Shown: in pieces, positions 18,501 to 28,213 of the stretch
How the letters are laid out: the number at the start of each line of letters is the position of its first letter
How positions within the stretch are numbered: the first letter of the stretch is position 1
IMG/VR virus record: IMGVR_UViG_3300008267_008434
DNA from: a virus
Taxonomy: Duplodnaviria; Heunggongvirae; Uroviricota; Caudoviricetes
DNA: 64,000 nucleotides
Direction: 5' to 3' (one strand)
Made by a program: the position numbers and the translations under genes
Notes under the pieces: model-generated
Database searches by the model: none
What the model was told of the DNA's origin: nothing
Seen by the model: only the letters and a program-made list of their open reading frames with translations

Positions 18501-20670
18501 TGTTAAATCAGCATCTTTAGGTGAAGTTGCTCAAGTTTCACCAAAAAGTAAAGATGGTACAAATTTCTCAATAAACTGTAATGTAAACATACTTGATGGA
18601 GCTACTTTAGCAACTGCTAAGACTAATGATTATGGTGGTGAATGGTATTCAGTACCCGCAATGGCTTGTAGAAAAGTTAGAATTGCGTCAATAATTGCAA
18701 CATATGTACAAGAAGTTAAACCTGAAGATCCAATTCAAGAACCAATAATAGATGTTGTTGTGATACCTAATCAGTCAGGAACAACAGGAACAACAACTAT
18801 TGAAATACCTCCACTTAAAATTATAGAACAACCAGATCCGATTCAAAAGGTTAAAGACGGTATTTCCAAAAAAATATTAAGACATCTATTTTCTGAATGT
18901 GATTATTTTGATGTGTTAAAAGAAAGTGATCCTATGGTATTTGAAAGTATTAAAGATAGGATAAAATACTTTACACCGGCATTTCACTCAATAACACCTG
19001 AAGGATTAAATGCAAGACTTACATTCTTACAACAATGTATGAGACCGGGACAAACAATTCCTGTTATTGGACCTGATGGTAAACCAAAATATAATGATGC
19101 TCAAAATACTGCGTTTGGAGCACCACCTGTATTGGTATTAAGAATTGGTGATTTTTATCACACAAAAATAATTCCTAATACATTAGGTATACAATATGAT
19201 CCTTTGGTTTTTGATATAAATCCTGAAGGAATTGGGGTACAACCAATGTTAGCCAAAATTTCATTAGGATTTGACTTTATTGGTGGACATGGATTAGCTG
19301 GACCAGTTAAACAATTACAGAACGCATTATCATTCAATTACTATGCGAATACTGAAATATATGATGAAAGATCAGTTGCAACAGAAAGTACAGAAGAAAG
19401 AGATAAACAAATGGTTGCTAAAATAGTTAAAGGTGCGGGAACATCAACACCTACGGTTGGATCTAATACGGTTGCTAACCAACAATCACAAAAAGGTGGA
19501 GGAACTATTGGAACTATATTGTCAACAAACTACGAAAATAATAATGAAGTTGAAGTTGGTGACATGGACTATTCAGGATTAATTAAAGAATTATCTGAAG
19601 GGACTAAAAATTATTTTACAACAATAACAAATCAACTTAAAACAATGACAAGTACAACTAATATGGGTATTGTCGGATTAGCAAGTAGTGAAAGAAAATT
19701 TAATAATGGTGAGTTAAATGAATATGATGTACCATTACCTGATGTTCCATTGTATGGTAGATCATTAGAAATTGAAAAAAATGTAAGTAAATTAATTAAA
19801 GAAACATTATCAGATGTTAAAAATGATAAGGATCCAATTTCATATTATGTTAATAAGGATTCTAACCAATATAGTGCGGTAAATTCTGAGTTAAGAGAAT
19901 TAAGAGCAAAATTAGAAGAAGAGGTAACCAAAATGGAAACTGAAATAAATAATATTGTTATTGAACCTGCTAACACAATGACTTCATATCAAGAAAACTA
20001 TAATTATACTTTAAGAAAAATGGATATGATTTGTGGTAAAATTGATGGTATCAAATTAGGTACCGGAGATTACAAAGTTTACACATTAAGTGGTGACAAC
20101 ATTGATAATATTATTAAAGTATATACCACTAATACAAATCCTGTTTCCGTAGGATTTAAATTAACGGATTATAATAATAAAATATTAGATGTTGATTCTA
20201 ATAGTATCTTAAAAAAGATTAACTATCAGGATAATAATTTTGATCCAATAACTAAAGTTTTCTCTGGTTTTGGTGATGATACGGCAACTAGAAGGTTCTA
20301 TATGACTATGTCCCCAATATTTTTGGATGATAATAAATTTAACGCTTTTGTCACTAATTTAACTTCTGGGCCTAAAATATCTAAAAATCAAAAATTAATT
20401 GATGGTATTAAAAAAATATCAAATGAATTTAAAGGGAAATGTAAAGAAGAATATGATGCCGAATTAAAATTCTTTGATACTTTAATGAATGGTAGTGATT
20501 ATCAAACATATGAAAAATATGAGATAACTGAATTTGATTCCAAAGTACAATACACAACGGATAATGTTGGTAACAACCTACAAAAGAAGAATAGATTAAA
20601 AGATTTGTATTTAGATGTAAATGTAAAAACAAGTAATAAAACTTATAATGGAAAAGTAACTTTCACTTAA
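15532..20670 (+). CDS. large baseplate / tube-initiator protein containing an OmpA-like domain
   Basis: 'FPPYNITFSE...W....FLGRPEPIYTY....RTGSLSW' tube-initiator motif and 'GSASP...YNEYLSDRRIDSV' OmpA-like motif. Confidence 0.6.
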   Translation: MSESVLSFASSSTFRNTLIARNLAPYQVQGVYTPPAGNVTYEVSPLSNSNVIDSPDTLISTNQGANQLYSLNEYGPEGGFIGKYTIPGAPYPVESNKGPYDPGDTILDLVNEFYIDAAYIQNKYGPESGFKDLYVITDVITSNKMYQPYWDPSIFVPSFYSPYEILTSTNPTGSDGSLSQDSYLAKIGAAQLKGYFEDRIASELEQLTIGSINLDTLSDPFSASLLASGQQPFFIKNWKITVPENPLLAAVSFANRLSGTYFPVSFIPGDYFDENNPEGNVSGALNTANNLTAGALGGILNKFRNPSELFLANTGNGQQSVLFGNLNYNLYRPVYQKNLIQGASQAINNLFNGDNGGGGYYIGSENAEPGLITNPSNEVATDRFGKQQGTLVYGPDELGKLYEGNDGKLNFGLGGKSHHDGDGIDGRFVWTSPKYRPNAGFKVGRGGETFQQDAEFNIVEAQYSQDQSIDVEFKGGSILDNTQRIINAADNVQGAKRLKHVGNAINQVSKVFNDGYKELTKGSQVIAYYDSSTGSNVIGESGFEVGREYCRIFQKDTPYYTYADLQKTDGITTSGRRFNNSVFDNTYNLNIAPLRNPGSTNIVDNKVKKYMFSLENLAWRTSSEPGFRYDDLPVCEKGPNGGRIMWFPPYNITFSEDSKAGWNPTSFLGRPEPIYTYKDSTRTGSLSWTIIVDHPSVMNTIIREQLKTRTPQEINSIMDSFFAGCVKYDIYDLAIKFNNIPTSDLYTYQQLLNEPRKTQEELQNILTKIPVDNSIPGGNSTGTQGDAEVSQTTNTTNDVKPGPTVEEVVTSSELNDNFSEYAFYFENDSPYFNNPIKNPSDPAEWKVAGAASRDFPNLGNNANWDYDNYYDFYIGLRNQKYVTNAPAKCFAQGQTDPFLKEGVQNFFDNVVVDNFSVIKNELLPKIKEFIVDKKGQITIELVGSASPIQASLQYNEYLSDRRIDSVVKWFKKQNVAGENFQKFFDEGKLIVKSASLGEVAQVSPKSKDGTNFSINCNVNILDGATLATAKTNDYGGEWYSVPAMACRKVRIASIIATYVQEVKPEDPIQEPIIDVVVIPNQSGTTGTTTIEIPPLKIIEQPDPIQKVKDGISKKILRHLFSECDYFDVLKESDPMVFESIKDRIKYFTPAFHSITPEGLNARLTFLQQCMRPGQTIPVIGPDGKPKYNDAQNTAFGAPPVLVLRIGDFYHTKIIPNTLGIQYDPLVFDINPEGIGVQPMLAKISLGFDFIGGHGLAGPVKQLQNALSFNYYANTEIYDERSVATESTEERDKQMVAKIVKGAGTSTPTVGSNTVANQQSQKGGGTIGTILSTNYENNNEVEVGDMDYSGLIKELSEGTKNYFTTITNQLKTMTSTTNMGIVGLASSERKFNNGELNEYDVPLPDVPLYGRSLEIEKNVSKLIKETLSDVKNDKDPISYYVNKDSNQYSAVNSELRELRAKLEEEVTKMETEINNIVIEPANTMTSYQENYNYTLRKMDMICGKIDGIKLGTGDYKVYTLSGDNIDNIIKVYTTNTNPVSVGFKLTDYNNKILDVDSNSILKKINYQDNNFDPITKVFSGFGDDTATRRFYMTMSPIFLDDNKFNAFVTNLTSGPKISKNQKLIDGIKKISNEFKGKCKEEYDAELKFFDTLMNGSDYQTYEKYEITEFDSKVQYTTDNVGNNLQKKNRLKDLYLDVNVKTSNKTYNGKVTFT

Positions 20671-20672
20671 TT

Positions 20673-20996
20673 ATGGCATTACAATACTATAACAGATATA
20701 ATCAGTTTTTACAAAATGGACAACAAACAGTTGTTCCTTATGTAGAATTACCCGTAAAAACTTCTGATAAAACATATATCTATAAAGTTGGTACATCAAG
20801 ATTGGATAAAGTATCACAACAATTTTATGGTTCACCACTGTTTGGGTGGTTAATAATGTTGGCGAATCCACAGTTTACTGGGTTTGAATTCAACATACCT
20901 GATGCTGCTATATTGACTATACCGTATCCTTTACTAACTTCATTACAAGACTATAAATCAACATTAGAAACACATTTCTTCTACTATGGTAGATAA
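20673..20996 (+). CDS. LysM-like baseplate wedge protein (gp53-like)
   Basis: 'YKVGTSRLDKVSQQFYGSPLFGWLIMLANP...IP...LTIP' LysM/gp53 pattern. Confidence 0.7.
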   Translation: MALQYYNRYNQFLQNGQQTVVPYVELPVKTSDKTYIYKVGTSRLDKVSQQFYGSPLFGWLIMLANPQFTGFEFNIPDAAILTIPYPLLTSLQDYKSTLETHFFYYGR

Positions 20997-23900
20997 CGGA
21001 GAAAACATATTGGTAGAATTTGACTACCAAAACATATCGGTAATTGATCCAAACAAAGTGATTGATGAAAATGGTATGGCTAGAGAACGACTTGTCAATC
21101 AAGAAGACTTGGTGTTCTATGCAAATTTAGAATGTTCGGTTTTACCGAGAACAAAATTGGCGATAGGTGTTCCATTGGAAGATTCTGTTAGAACAATATC
21201 TGTGGGTAAAATTAATTTTTTGAATCCTGGAGATAGTAAATTTTTAGAAGAAATTTATGTTGATGAAATAACAGGTAAAGATTCATTACAGGGTAAAGGT
21301 ATTAATCAACAAAAAATAGATAAAATTACTAATCCTAATCAGAGTGATGACTATTTTTATAGACAAACAACATTAACTAATGGTAATCCTGGTTCAACAG
21401 ATACAGGAATGTTAGGTATAACTCAAATTAATATCTCTTATGGTACGGACTTCTTACCTGTTATTGATATTACAATGGAAGATGTTAAGGGTAGAGCATT
21501 ATTTGAAGCAGGTAGTAATTCACCATATGCCGCATTCTTCCAATTACCGTATCCATTATTTTATCTAACAATAAAAGGATACTTAGGTAAAGCGGTTAGA
21601 TTACCATTGATGTTAAGAACCTTTAATGCAAGTTTTGATCCTAGCAGTGGGAATTTTAGGGTTCAACTACAAATGTACACATATAAGTACACGATATTAT
21701 CTTCAGTGAATTGGCAGGCGATGATGTCAACTCCATTGATGTTCCAGTCAGCAATAGAGACAGTACCACAAACAACAACAGGAAACGGAAACAAAAATGA
21801 CAAAGTTGAAAGTGGTTGGTCAAGTAAAGGATATTCTAAAATAAAAGAATTGTATGCTGAGTATAAATCAAAAGGGTTGATATCAGATAATTTTCCTGAA
21901 ATAACCATTCAGGAACTACAGATAAATTTAAATACTTTTTTAAAAAATATCATTGATAATTACCCTAAAACTAATTTAGACACTCTTAATAGTTTATCTG
22001 ACTACTCAAAAGTATTAGATAGATATGAACAAGAAGTTTATTTGTATTCGGGTGTGGATTCTTGGTATGGAAAATATTTGGACACCAAAAACCCATTTGT
22101 TACATTCCCACCTACGGGACAAAAAGACGGGTATGTGTTATACCAATTTAAAGAAGAATATAAATCATCTCAAAAACAACAAGAAGCATTAACCGAATTA
22201 TCGGGTATTGTTAAAAGAAATAACGAATCATTGAGAGGTAATACTGTTTTAGGTGATGGTAAACCAAACAGTATACCTGTAGATATTTTTGTAGATTTAC
22301 AAAAAAATACTAGTACATTTTTTTATAATACTGATGTAAATAATATTGATATAAATAAAACTTATGCTCAGAGAAACGGTAAAGAAATATCATTTACCGC
22401 AACCACTTCAGTTCAGAACCAAATAAGAACACAGTTTGATTCCTCACCAAAATTCTTTTTTAAGGGTACGGCATCTTTTATTGATAAAACAACTACAATA
22501 AGAGAAAATTATCAAACAAAAAAACAGGCAATAGAAGAACAATTATCTAAAGATTTAATCTTAAATATAAGTAAAAGTGCTAGTGAAGGTGGAATTGGAT
22601 TTTCACCAACAATAAGAAATGTATTAGCGGTATTTTTTGCTCAAGGAGAGGCGTTTTTAAGATTACTTGATGAGGTTCATGCAAAAGCTTGGGACTTAAG
22701 AGATGATACAATTAGAAAGGCTGCGGTTTTATCAACCTCATCAGGTGCGAATAGTGTTGATTTAAAAGATTTAACAGTTTTAGAAACACCAATATATCCT
22801 TGGCCTCAAGTTATTGTTGAGAACAATCTAAAAGAAGGTGAACGATATGAATTGAAATACCCTGGAGATACGAGTATTGCAACTAAAATTAGGGCTTATC
22901 AACCTGAAATATGGCCGGAAGTAGAATTTGTTGAAGATTTTATAAAGGCGACATACGAAAGAAAAGTTCCTGAAAAATTCCCAACCGACACTAACAATCA
23001 ACAACTTAAACCAAATAGATTAAGTTTTAATGCAATTGAATTTCCAATTAATAATCAAGTATATCAAAATGTTGAAGAAGTTAAATTTTTCTATGAAATA
23101 TATGAAAGATTATTAATTAATGCTTTCTATAGTAAATTAAGTAGGGATTCTAATAAAACATTTAATATGACTGAATATTATTCTGAGTCAGAAGTGTTAA
23201 ATATGTTAGAATCATTAGGTGATGATAATCCATTCCTAACTAAGAAGTTAAAAGAATATAATTTAAACTCAGGAATTTACTTATCATTTTTAAGACACAT
23301 TTCAAATGGGGGAACTGGAGAATCTTGGCAAAATTATATCAGAGGAGAATTTAACACATCATATATTAAAAATGATGTTAGTACATCATTCAAGTTGTAC
23401 AATCAAGATATTCTAACTAATGAAAAATCACAACCATTATTATCCATTAAAGATAATTCATATGCTAAAGAATATTTTGGTAATGCAAACATTGTAGAGA
23501 ATTTTGATTTTACTGACACATATCCAATAACTAATTTGAGTTGGATAAAAAATTATTTAGCGGACGGAAAGGACATTCAAAAGAAAGAAGATGTTTTTAA
23601 AACTAATCAAGTTTTAGAATATAATACAATTATAAAAAGTATAACAAATTATGATGATACTGTAGATGCTAAAGACAAACAACCTGTAACAAGTTTTAAT
23701 TATAAATCAAACAATAGTGGGACATTTAATCAACCAATTATTTTGGCGGATTTAAAAACTTTTTATAATACGAGAACAATAAAAAATCAATACACTACTG
23801 AAGGTAACATTTCATATTTTGATTATGACAATAAATTGGTGTCAGAACAAACGACATCAATTCTAAATACACCTTATTTTATTAATGCAATTCAAAAAGG

Positions 23901-26900
23901 GGTGTATGATTTTAGATATACAGATAACCTATATCCGTTTAAATCCGCATCATATCTATTCTTGAATAGTTTACCATTGGCAACTTTAAGAGAAAAATAT
24001 AAAGAAGATAATGATGGTAGTTTTTCAGATTTAAATTACATTATATCCACATTTAAAAAATATGGTGGAATCCATAAAATACCATATGCGTGGGTACTTA
24101 AATATGGATCTATCTGGCATAGATATAAAACTTGGACAGAAGATGGGGTTGATATTCTTGATGATGCGTGGACTAATTTTAATTATTCAGATAATTATGA
24201 TCCCCAAAATAGTGCGGTTACTAAAACATATTCATTAGTTATTGATGGAATACCACAAGACATCGTTTTACAAGACACTATTATTAATGGGTTAAGTGAA
24301 CAAACAAGAATTAATACAGGATTTTATCCTAAGTTAATTGATGACTTTAATGTATTTTACCAAGGTAAAAGAGTATTTGAAACTCAAGTACAAATTTCAG
24401 GTACTGCAACAATATTGGGTAATGTATTAACTGTTAGTACGGTTAGTGGTAATGATTTATTTGATGGTGCTATTCTATCAGGTAATGGTATTACTTTAGG
24501 CACCACAATTACGGGACAAACTAGCGGTACTTTGGGTGGTGTTGGTGTTTACGGTATTAATATACCACAAACCGCAACAACGGCAATTAGTTTTTATGTC
24601 ACTAACCCACCGGCACAGTCATATTCAAATAGTGAGATACAAAGTGTTTTAGATGATAATATTTTATATTTAAAATCCGCAGCAGGATCAACAATAAATA
24701 AATTACCAGGATTTGATTTAAGTAATTTAAATCGTTCTTTAAGTTTGAAATCTTGGAGTTGTTTTGTTACAACATCAGATGGTAACAATATATTCCCAAT
24801 ACCATCATTTGGATCTTCAGTGAATCAAACTAAAGATGAATGTTTTAAAATTAATGGTGATTTAGCAACAGAAGTTGTTGATAACCCCGCAGTTTATAAT
24901 GGTTCAGTTAGATTATTTTGGAAAGCACCAAATTATGGATATTTTGATAATGATAGATTAATTAAACCATCACCAAACAGTTATTTAAAACATATTAAAA
25001 ATGACGAATCAATACAACAGGCATTCTCAATTAATGGGGTATCGTCTGAATATACAAAAATAAGTGAGTTATTTACAACATTTGAAAAAGATATTTTAGA
25101 CATAATGGAGAACGAGTTTTTAAATTTTAGCCGTTCTGTATATGATTATAACTCAAATATAAAATCAACTCTTGGGGTTGATACTGACACTGAAATTACA
25201 AACAATAATTTCCAATCTCTAATGAGATCGTTAATGAAAGTTCCAAAACCAAAAGATAACATAAATGGATCGGTTGTTATTAATGAAATACAAGAATCAC
25301 AAATTAGTAACTTCAAACAAGTGTTAGGAACATTTATGGATTATAAAGTTACCATGAAATACGGTAACCCATCAAATTTTGATAAGAAATTGTTTTACAC
25401 ATATTCAAATCAAATCTTAATTGATACATATAGTTTCCAAGGGTATAATGTCGGTTCACCAAATAGTTTACCAAGTGCTGGCGGGTCAATAACTTTATCA
25501 CAGTCTAAAGCACAAAATCCTGAAACTTGGAAAACTTTAGAAACTTATGTAGGATTTTCTGAGATACCGGAATTAGTTTATAGTGATAACGGTTCATACA
25601 TTACCGATTTCTTTTTAGATATGAATATTGAATTTACTGAAAATTCAATTAAGACATTATCACCGTTAATTAAAATATATGCCACTCAAAAATTAGAAGA
25701 CAACAATTTTAATTCCACAAAGTTTAGGACTTTAATGGATGGTTATATTAATAAAAGTAATACATATATTAATACTTTATTAGATTTAGAAATGACTAGA
25801 TTGAGGAAAGAACTTCCTGATGTTAATATTAGTCAAACAAACACTAAAGTTAGGGCGGATTATGAAGGTGATCAAACTAGATATGAATTATGGGAATTAT
25901 TTAAAACCATTAACGACACATGGATTTCAGGTACCGACTTTAAAAGTAAGACTTTATTTGAAGATGTACTTTTAATGGACAGAGCCAGTAGAGATGTAGG
26001 ACAACAAATATATGTGGACATCTTCAAATTAAAAACATTAATTGATAGTTCTCTTGTTAAAAATAATATGTTGGATATTGTACAAACAATATTGACTGAA
26101 AATAATTTTGTTAACTTTGTTATTCCCGCATTTGCGAATTTTTATAATGTTAGAGATGTTAGTAAAAATGCGGTACCAAGACCTGAAGGCACTTTAGAAT
26201 TTGCCAATACTTTATTTGGTACTTATTTAAATGTTGATTATAGAGAAACAGGTTCAAAGTTTGTTTGTTTATATGCTAATAAACCAAGTGAACATTTAGC
26301 ACTTAACGATAATGTTGATTACAGATATAGAGATGATGCGTTTGATTTGAGAAGAGCAACTGACAATCCGTTATTAGAAAATCAAGAAAACAAAACAAAT
26401 TGGGCAACATCAAATAAAGTTGTTGGATTCAATGTTGATATTGGACCACAAAATCAACAAATTTTTAAACAAATTGATGTATCTCAAGATCCTGGATTAC
26501 CAACTACCGAATCATTGGAAGTTCTAAACCAAATGGCTAATCAGGATAGAAACAGAGGTAGTTATACTCAAAGTGTTTCATTATATAATCTATATAAAAA
26601 TAGAAGTTATAAATGTTCTATTGATATGATGGGTAATGCGTTGATACAACCTATGATGTACTTTAATTTAAGAAATGTTCCTTTATTTAGTGGACCTTAT
26701 ATGATATTAAAAGTAAGTCATAGAATTTCTCAAAATGGGTTTGACACGACATTTGAAGGGCAAAGACAACCTTTTTATAGTATACCTAAAATAGAAAGTT
26801 TCATACAATCAATCAGTACTAAAATACTAAAAGATATTCAAGAAAGGATTAAACAGAATGAAGAAACAAAGACACAACAATCTGTGAATACATTATCTCA

Positions 26901-27945
26901 AACGGCAACTAAATTGGATAATGTTAGTGAAACTAATACCACTCTTAATGTTAATCAAGCTTGTTCTTCGGCACTTAATGAGTCATATAAAAACTTTACA
27001 AATGCTACTGGTGATCCATTAATGATAATGAGTTCTAGTGAAATAAATAAAAAAGATGCGGCAAATAAAATAAACGAATTAATTATTGCGAACGGTTCTT
27101 ATAATAGTAATGACTCAAAAACTTTGGCATCATTTATATATAGTATTATGACGGTTGCCACAAAACCATCTGAGATTTTTAAGACTTATGGTAATAATTA
27201 TGGGTTAATACCTTTGAATACTAATTATGGTGGTTCTTTTGTTTTATTTGAAAACAAATACTATTGTAATAGTAAGAACATACCTATGGCGGTATTTTCA
27301 TCATTTGATCAATTTGTGAATTTTATGATTGCCAAGTATGGACCTCAATTAGGTACCATAAAAAATTATGTATCAACAAATAATAATATTTCCGATCAAA
27401 TCAAATATGGTAAGGCATTTGCAACATTCTATATGGACAATTACCCAACCAATGAGGGACAATCATTATTTGATACTTTAATTGAAGAAAATAAAAATAA
27501 ATTAGAAAAACTTTTTGGTAATGCTTATACTGATTATGTTAGTTCACAAAGACAATTTACATCACAATCAAGTACTACCACACCAAAACCTGCTAAACAA
27601 GTTGTCCAAGCCAATGGTGATCAGTTAATTCAAATGCAAATAGTAATATCACCTAATTCAGGAAAATGGAATATTGATTCGGCTGAAATTATATTTAATA
27701 AAAAACCTGAAGAATGTACTGCAACAATAGGTGTAAAAATTAATGTACCAACATTCATTGCGACGAATAAACAGTCGTTTACAATGACAGCACAAGATTT
27801 ACTTACTACGATAGGATGTACCCAAAATGGATCATACAACATTCAATTCAATGTTAACTCTATTCCAGTATTAGAAGATGGAATTACTACGGATACGACA
27901 AGAGCAATAGTTCCACAATCGTTTTTAATTAAATGTCTTCTTTAA
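20986..27945 (+). CDS. giant baseplate hub protein (gp27/gpD-like), 2319 aa
   Basis: N-terminal 'MLGITQINISY...IDITMEDVKGRALFE' and late 'IDMMGNALIQPMMYFNLRNVPLFSGPYMILKVSHRI....FDTTFEG' hub-type motifs. Confidence 0.6.
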   Translation: MVDNGENILVEFDYQNISVIDPNKVIDENGMARERLVNQEDLVFYANLECSVLPRTKLAIGVPLEDSVRTISVGKINFLNPGDSKFLEEIYVDEITGKDSLQGKGINQQKIDKITNPNQSDDYFYRQTTLTNGNPGSTDTGMLGITQINISYGTDFLPVIDITMEDVKGRALFEAGSNSPYAAFFQLPYPLFYLTIKGYLGKAVRLPLMLRTFNASFDPSSGNFRVQLQMYTYKYTILSSVNWQAMMSTPLMFQSAIETVPQTTTGNGNKNDKVESGWSSKGYSKIKELYAEYKSKGLISDNFPEITIQELQINLNTFLKNIIDNYPKTNLDTLNSLSDYSKVLDRYEQEVYLYSGVDSWYGKYLDTKNPFVTFPPTGQKDGYVLYQFKEEYKSSQKQQEALTELSGIVKRNNESLRGNTVLGDGKPNSIPVDIFVDLQKNTSTFFYNTDVNNIDINKTYAQRNGKEISFTATTSVQNQIRTQFDSSPKFFFKGTASFIDKTTTIRENYQTKKQAIEEQLSKDLILNISKSASEGGIGFSPTIRNVLAVFFAQGEAFLRLLDEVHAKAWDLRDDTIRKAAVLSTSSGANSVDLKDLTVLETPIYPWPQVIVENNLKEGERYELKYPGDTSIATKIRAYQPEIWPEVEFVEDFIKATYERKVPEKFPTDTNNQQLKPNRLSFNAIEFPINNQVYQNVEEVKFFYEIYERLLINAFYSKLSRDSNKTFNMTEYYSESEVLNMLESLGDDNPFLTKKLKEYNLNSGIYLSFLRHISNGGTGESWQNYIRGEFNTSYIKNDVSTSFKLYNQDILTNEKSQPLLSIKDNSYAKEYFGNANIVENFDFTDTYPITNLSWIKNYLADGKDIQKKEDVFKTNQVLEYNTIIKSITNYDDTVDAKDKQPVTSFNYKSNNSGTFNQPIILADLKTFYNTRTIKNQYTTEGNISYFDYDNKLVSEQTTSILNTPYFINAIQKGVYDFRYTDNLYPFKSASYLFLNSLPLATLREKYKEDNDGSFSDLNYIISTFKKYGGIHKIPYAWVLKYGSIWHRYKTWTEDGVDILDDAWTNFNYSDNYDPQNSAVTKTYSLVIDGIPQDIVLQDTIINGLSEQTRINTGFYPKLIDDFNVFYQGKRVFETQVQISGTATILGNVLTVSTVSGNDLFDGAILSGNGITLGTTITGQTSGTLGGVGVYGINIPQTATTAISFYVTNPPAQSYSNSEIQSVLDDNILYLKSAAGSTINKLPGFDLSNLNRSLSLKSWSCFVTTSDGNNIFPIPSFGSSVNQTKDECFKINGDLATEVVDNPAVYNGSVRLFWKAPNYGYFDNDRLIKPSPNSYLKHIKNDESIQQAFSINGVSSEYTKISELFTTFEKDILDIMENEFLNFSRSVYDYNSNIKSTLGVDTDTEITNNNFQSLMRSLMKVPKPKDNINGSVVINEIQESQISNFKQVLGTFMDYKVTMKYGNPSNFDKKLFYTYSNQILIDTYSFQGYNVGSPNSLPSAGGSITLSQSKAQNPETWKTLETYVGFSEIPELVYSDNGSYITDFFLDMNIEFTENSIKTLSPLIKIYATQKLEDNNFNSTKFRTLMDGYINKSNTYINTLLDLEMTRLRKELPDVNISQTNTKVRADYEGDQTRYELWELFKTINDTWISGTDFKSKTLFEDVLLMDRASRDVGQQIYVDIFKLKTLIDSSLVKNNMLDIVQTILTENNFVNFVIPAFANFYNVRDVSKNAVPRPEGTLEFANTLFGTYLNVDYRETGSKFVCLYANKPSEHLALNDNVDYRYRDDAFDLRRATDNPLLENQENKTNWATSNKVVGFNVDIGPQNQQIFKQIDVSQDPGLPTTESLEVLNQMANQDRNRGSYTQSVSLYNLYKNRSYKCSIDMMGNALIQPMMYFNLRNVPLFSGPYMILKVSHRISQNGFDTTFEGQRQPFYSIPKIESFIQSISTKILKDIQERIKQNEETKTQQSVNTLSQTATKLDNVSETNTTLNVNQACSSALNESYKNFTNATGDPLMIMSSSEINKKDAANKINELIIANGSYNSNDSKTLASFIYSIMTVATKPSEIFKTYGNNYGLIPLNTNYGGSFVLFENKYYCNSKNIPMAVFSSFDQFVNFMIAKYGPQLGTIKNYVSTNNNISDQIKYGKAFATFYMDNYPTNEGQSLFDTLIEENKNKLEKLFGNAYTDYVSSQRQFTSQSSTTTPKPAKQVVQANGDQLIQMQIVISPNSGKWNIDSAEIIFNKKPEECTATIGVKINVPTFIATNKQSFTMTAQDLLTTIGCTQNGSYNIQFNVNSIPVLEDGITTDTTRAIVPQSFLIKCLL

Positions 27946-27984
27946 TTTTTCATAATGTTATGATATTTATAAATAAAAATAGAT

Positions 27985-28212
27985 ATGAGTAATACTAAAT
28001 TAATTTTGGATAACTACTTGGGTAAAAACACAAGAGTTACGGAGAAAGATAAAGGAAATGGGTATAAAGAAGTTTGTGATTTGGATACTGGAGACTGTTA
28101 TACTATCAGAATGAAAGACGGACTAATAGAAAGAGTTGATAATACAATGAACACTAATAAAAAAATCCAAGTGGAAACCAAAACAGGTATAAAACAATTA
28201 TTAAATGGTTAA
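27985..28212 (+). CDS. hypothetical protein (75 aa)
   Basis: Compact ORF preceded by TATTTATA; contains 'EVCDLDTGDCY'. Confidence 0.65.
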   Translation: MSNTKLILDNYLGKNTRVTEKDKGNGYKEVCDLDTGDCYTIRMKDGLIERVDNTMNTNKKIQVETKTGIKQLLNG

Positions 28213-28213
28213 T

